A stretch of 64,000 bases of DNA, taken from IMG/VR virus record IMGVR_UViG_3300033075_001504, positions 1-64,000 of that record; one strand, given 5' to 3'. The translations under genes and the position numbers were made by a program. The notes under the pieces were generated by a model. That model was not told the origin of the DNA. It did not search any database and saw nothing but the letters and a program-made list of their open reading frames with translations. This document shows positions 62,101-64,000 of the stretch, in pieces. Numbering within the stretch: the first letter of the stretch is position 1; each line of letters starts with the position of its first letter. This DNA is from a virus (Duplodnaviria > Caudoviricetes).

Positions 62101-63702
62101 CGAGGCGAACGAGCCGGTGAAGGAGAGAACTCCTGCGACGGTCTTGGCCGTCCGACGGGCCTGGGCCCCGGTGAAGGAGAGCACTCCCGCCACGGCCTTC
62201 CCGGCACGGCGGGTCTGGCTGCCGGTGAAGGACAGCGCACCGGCCAGGGCGCGACCGGGCAGGCGCAGGAAGGCACCGACGAAGGCCAGCGAGGCCGCCA
62301 GGGCGCGGGCGGTCCGCTTGGCCGTCGATCCCGTGAAGGACAGGGCGGCGGCCGCCAGCGTCTTGGCCGTGCGGAAGGCGTCGCTGCCCGTGAAGGAGAG
62401 CGCGGCGGTCTGCTTCTTGGAGACCTGGGTCTCGAGCAGTCGGCGCATCGAGACGTTGTCCACCCAGGTGAGCTCGCCCCCGGTGGTCGCGTCGGCGTTG
62501 ATGAAGCCCAGGAAGGCTCCGCCGCCGGTGAAGCCCAGGCCGCCGGTAGGGGTGATGTAGCAGCCGATGGTCTCCCAGGTGTTGGCCGTGCCGCTCGTGG
62601 TGGCCGACAGCCCCGGCGCGGCGGAGATGAACAGCGCACCGAACAGGTCGGCGAGCTGGACGCGCTTGGTGGTGTTGCTCCGGACCCGGGCGGTGACCAG
62701 GTAGACGCCGTTGTCCAGGATGTCGGGCGGGATGTTGGTGATCACGGCCGCGCCGGAGTTCCCGGCGGACGCGGCGGGCCAGGTGAGCTGGTAGGAGTAG
62801 GTCCCGGTGTCCACCTGGGCGGTGGACTGGTCGAACGCGGTGAGCGCGGTCAGCCCGATGATGGCCCCGGTCCAGCCCACACCGCCCTCGTGGGCCAGGT
62901 CGTACTCGGCGGTGCGGTCCTTGGTGCGGATGGCCTGGTTGAACTCCAGGATCGAGGACAGCGCCTGGTTGTAGTTGTTGGCGGTCGCGGCCGGGAGGAT
63001 GGCCACGCCGATGGCCGCGTGCTCGTCGGAGGCGGCCCAGGACCACGACAGGTTCTGGTCGGTGTAGCGCCACGAGCAGACGTAGGACATGTTGCTCGAC
63101 GTGCCGCAGATGTAGCTCGCCAGGTCGAGCTGGGTGACGGCCCGGGTCGCTCCGGTGGTGGACCGGGCGGACTCGATGCCCAGGAACAGCGCACCGGGGA
63201 CCAGCGTGGGGGTCAGGGTGTCCGACGTGCCGGTGGTTGCCGCGTTCTTGATCGCGGTGGCCAGCGGGGTGGTCGCGCTGGCCTTGTAGAAGGAGACCGC
63301 GGTGGCGGCGGTCGGGATCACGCCCGAGTTGGTGACCACCACGTTGCCGGTGGCGGCAGTGGGGCTGGTCAGGTACCAGACCTCAGCCCGGCGGTTCGAC
63401 GCGTTGGCCGAGGAGAGAACGGTGTCCCACTTCGTCAGCGCCGTCCCGTTCCAGGTGACGCCCGTGGTGGTCTGCGCGCCGTTGGGTCCGGTCGCCACCT
63501 CTACCACGACGAGGTTTGCCCCGGTCGGGACGGTCAGCGACCAGCTCGCGGAGTTGGTCGAGACCCCGGAGGGGTAGGAGGAGAACGAGGCGATCTCGAC
63601 GGTCTCGTGCAGGAAGCCAGTCCCGTAGTAGGCCTCCGGGACGGAGAGCGGGTACCAGCCCGCGTACTTGAGGGTCGGCTCGAAGACCTCGCGGAGGGCC
63701 AC
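59176..63702 (-). CDS. Large virion fibre protein (1508 aa) with 18-aa ALSFTGS repeats and a LamG-like domain
   Basis: Period-18 repeat (e.g. ALSFTGSQTRRAGKAVAG); central FFYKMDEPSG...GWALWDRALSSTEIANLY LamG-like domain. Confidence 0.78.
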   Translation of the reverse strand: MALREVFEPTLKYAGWYPLSVPEAYYGTGFLHETVEIASFSSYPSGVSTNSASWSLTVPTGANLVVVEVATGPNGAQTTTGVTWNGTALTKWDTVLSSANASNRRAEVWYLTSPTAATGNVVVTNSGVIPTAATAVSFYKASATTPLATAIKNAATTGTSDTLTPTLVPGALFLGIESARSTTGATRAVTQLDLASYICGTSSNMSYVCSWRYTDQNLSWSWAASDEHAAIGVAILPAATANNYNQALSSILEFNQAIRTKDRTAEYDLAHEGGVGWTGAIIGLTALTAFDQSTAQVDTGTYSYQLTWPAASAGNSGAAVITNIPPDILDNGVYLVTARVRSNTTKRVQLADLFGALFISAAPGLSATTSGTANTWETIGCYITPTGGLGFTGGGAFLGFINADATTGGELTWVDNVSMRRLLETQVSKKQTAALSFTGSDAFRTAKTLAAAALSFTGSTAKRTARALAASLAFVGAFLRLPGRALAGALSFTGSQTRRAGKAVAGVLSFTGAQARRTAKTVAGVLSFTGSFASSRFFSRSLSGALSFNSIAYNAAVLALAPKFFYKMDEPSGTTMTDSGSLGTNGTYQSGPTLGQAAIYSGGGGAVRFPSSSGTYATVATSAPASWTALTFAGWWKCTDNAADPFLCGLGWASGSSIPLWVGHASGGGSSVFTAGMFDGGAWRVATGTTTITTGQTYFVAGTINNLTGVSSFVTLYVQGASEGTVGATPASAWTQSTIYLNHQWDTSATTDGTQAGWALWDRALSSTEIANLYAAGTSGLSGGTPLVRQTQKRTSAALSFAGAVARSVSKAVAGALSFTGAVAKRTARALAATLTFTGAVLRAFPKALSAALSFTGAQARRTGKSVAATLTFTGSQARRTAKTTTAVLSFAGVVAKQSSRVFAAALSFAGAVATSFISGSHAFSQTLTAALSFTGSQVKQTTRPLAGALSFTGSVVRRTAKAVSGALSSTGALARSAAKAMTAALSFTGSVTRNVAKLLTGALSFTGSVVRRVARSLSGALSFTGNLLSGLALTRALSGALSFTGSQVRRTGKTASGALSFAGSAALRTGKGVAGALTFTGSQVRSVGRTMTAALSFTGSQVRRVARSVAGALSFAGSVAAKQTGKGLAAALSFTGSQTRSVGKAMAAVLSFIGTINQGAQALQRAFTASLSFTGSQVRRTSKTMTAALSFTGSIARRIPATLAATLTFTGSTARRTARAFTATLTSTGTFTAVKTFFRSLSGALTFTGSQTRAVRTRLAASLGLAGAFALRRTAFVLSAALTFTGTQARRTSKALAGALSFTGSFLRAFPRAFTAALSFTGAQTRRTGKGLSAAVGFTGNLARRFPVALAAALSFAGSIARRLPARALSATLTFTGATTKATSRALSASLGLAGTITRRTGKALSAALLFAGSFARRFPYQLSAALSFTGTFGRRFPVLLASSLSFAGSVATRTLATFVAFAGRITTALGGGRSRASGKGETTAAREDLPTTSARGPQGRSRARKP

Positions 63703-63715
63703 CGCCTACCCTCCC

Positions 63716-64000
63716 TCAGTACGTGTAGACGATGCAGTACCCCGCGCCGCCTGTGCCACCAGCCCCGCCGAGACCGGGGTTCATCCCGGCCCCACCGCCG
63801 CCGCCACCACCGCCGCCCACGCCACCGGCACCACCTGCACCGCCAGAGGTCGAGGCCGTGACGGTCGTTCCGCCACCACCGCCGCCGGAGCCGCCACGGG
63901 CCGACGTTGCGCCAGCACCGGCAGCACCCGCGGTCGGGGATGCACCATCGGTGCCGACAGAGCCGCCACCGCCAGCCGCGTAGGTGCCGCCGGAGTTGCC
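63716..64000 (-). CDS. Gly-rich fibre-type protein, C-terminal part (partial)
   Basis: GGAGGAGGVGGGGGGGGG...GGTGGAGYCIVYTY stop, a typical Gly-rich tail-protein ending. Confidence 0.7.
   Translation of the reverse strand, partial: GNSGGTYAAGGGGSVGTDGASPTAGAAGAGATSARGGSGGGGGGTTVTASTSGGAGGAGGVGGGGGGGGGAGMNPGLGGAGGTGGAGYCIVYTY

Noticed and set aside
737-63861. Very long plus-strand ORFs opposite real genes (737..4246, 9082..12294, 24002..26719, 50346..54608, 58438..63861 and others)
   Set aside because: Antisense shadow ORFs expected at high GC; no motifs or RBS, and they overlap well-supported minus-strand genes.

Overview
High-GC (about 70% by eye) tailed actinobacteriophage (siphovirus-type) genome segment. 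WhiB, an Lsr2-like domain and an LAxTG sortase signal point to an actinobacterial host. No integrase, major capsid gene or canonical tRNA was seen. Minus strand 1-20.5 kb: head-associated proteins, portal, large terminase, lysis genes, minor tail genes (including GH71- and GH16-type glycanases), small terminase, WhiB and RuvC. Minus strand 20.5-33.9 kb: replication and recombination genes (Cas4-like nuclease, HNH, DnaE-like polymerase, gp32-like SSB, RNA ligase, primase, DnaB). Plus strand 34.4-49.9 kb: early/accessory block. Minus strand 50-64 kb: tape measure, tail assembly chaperones, major tail, neck/adaptor genes and a large repeat fibre protein. The standout signal is at 45.9-48.85 kb: four arrays (about 150 units) of a strictly phased 5-nt GGY-NN repeat next to a solo Cas7/RAMP-like gene. 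This is a candidate RNA-guided system resembling, from my recollection, the recently reported VIPR type. Other candidates are an Acb2/Tad1-like sponge gene broken by an in-frame TAG, an anticodon-less tRNA mimic, a roughly 290-nt structured ncRNA with its own promoter and terminator, and a palindromic operator shared by two replication promoters. All functional calls rest on motif recognition by eye; no database search was run.
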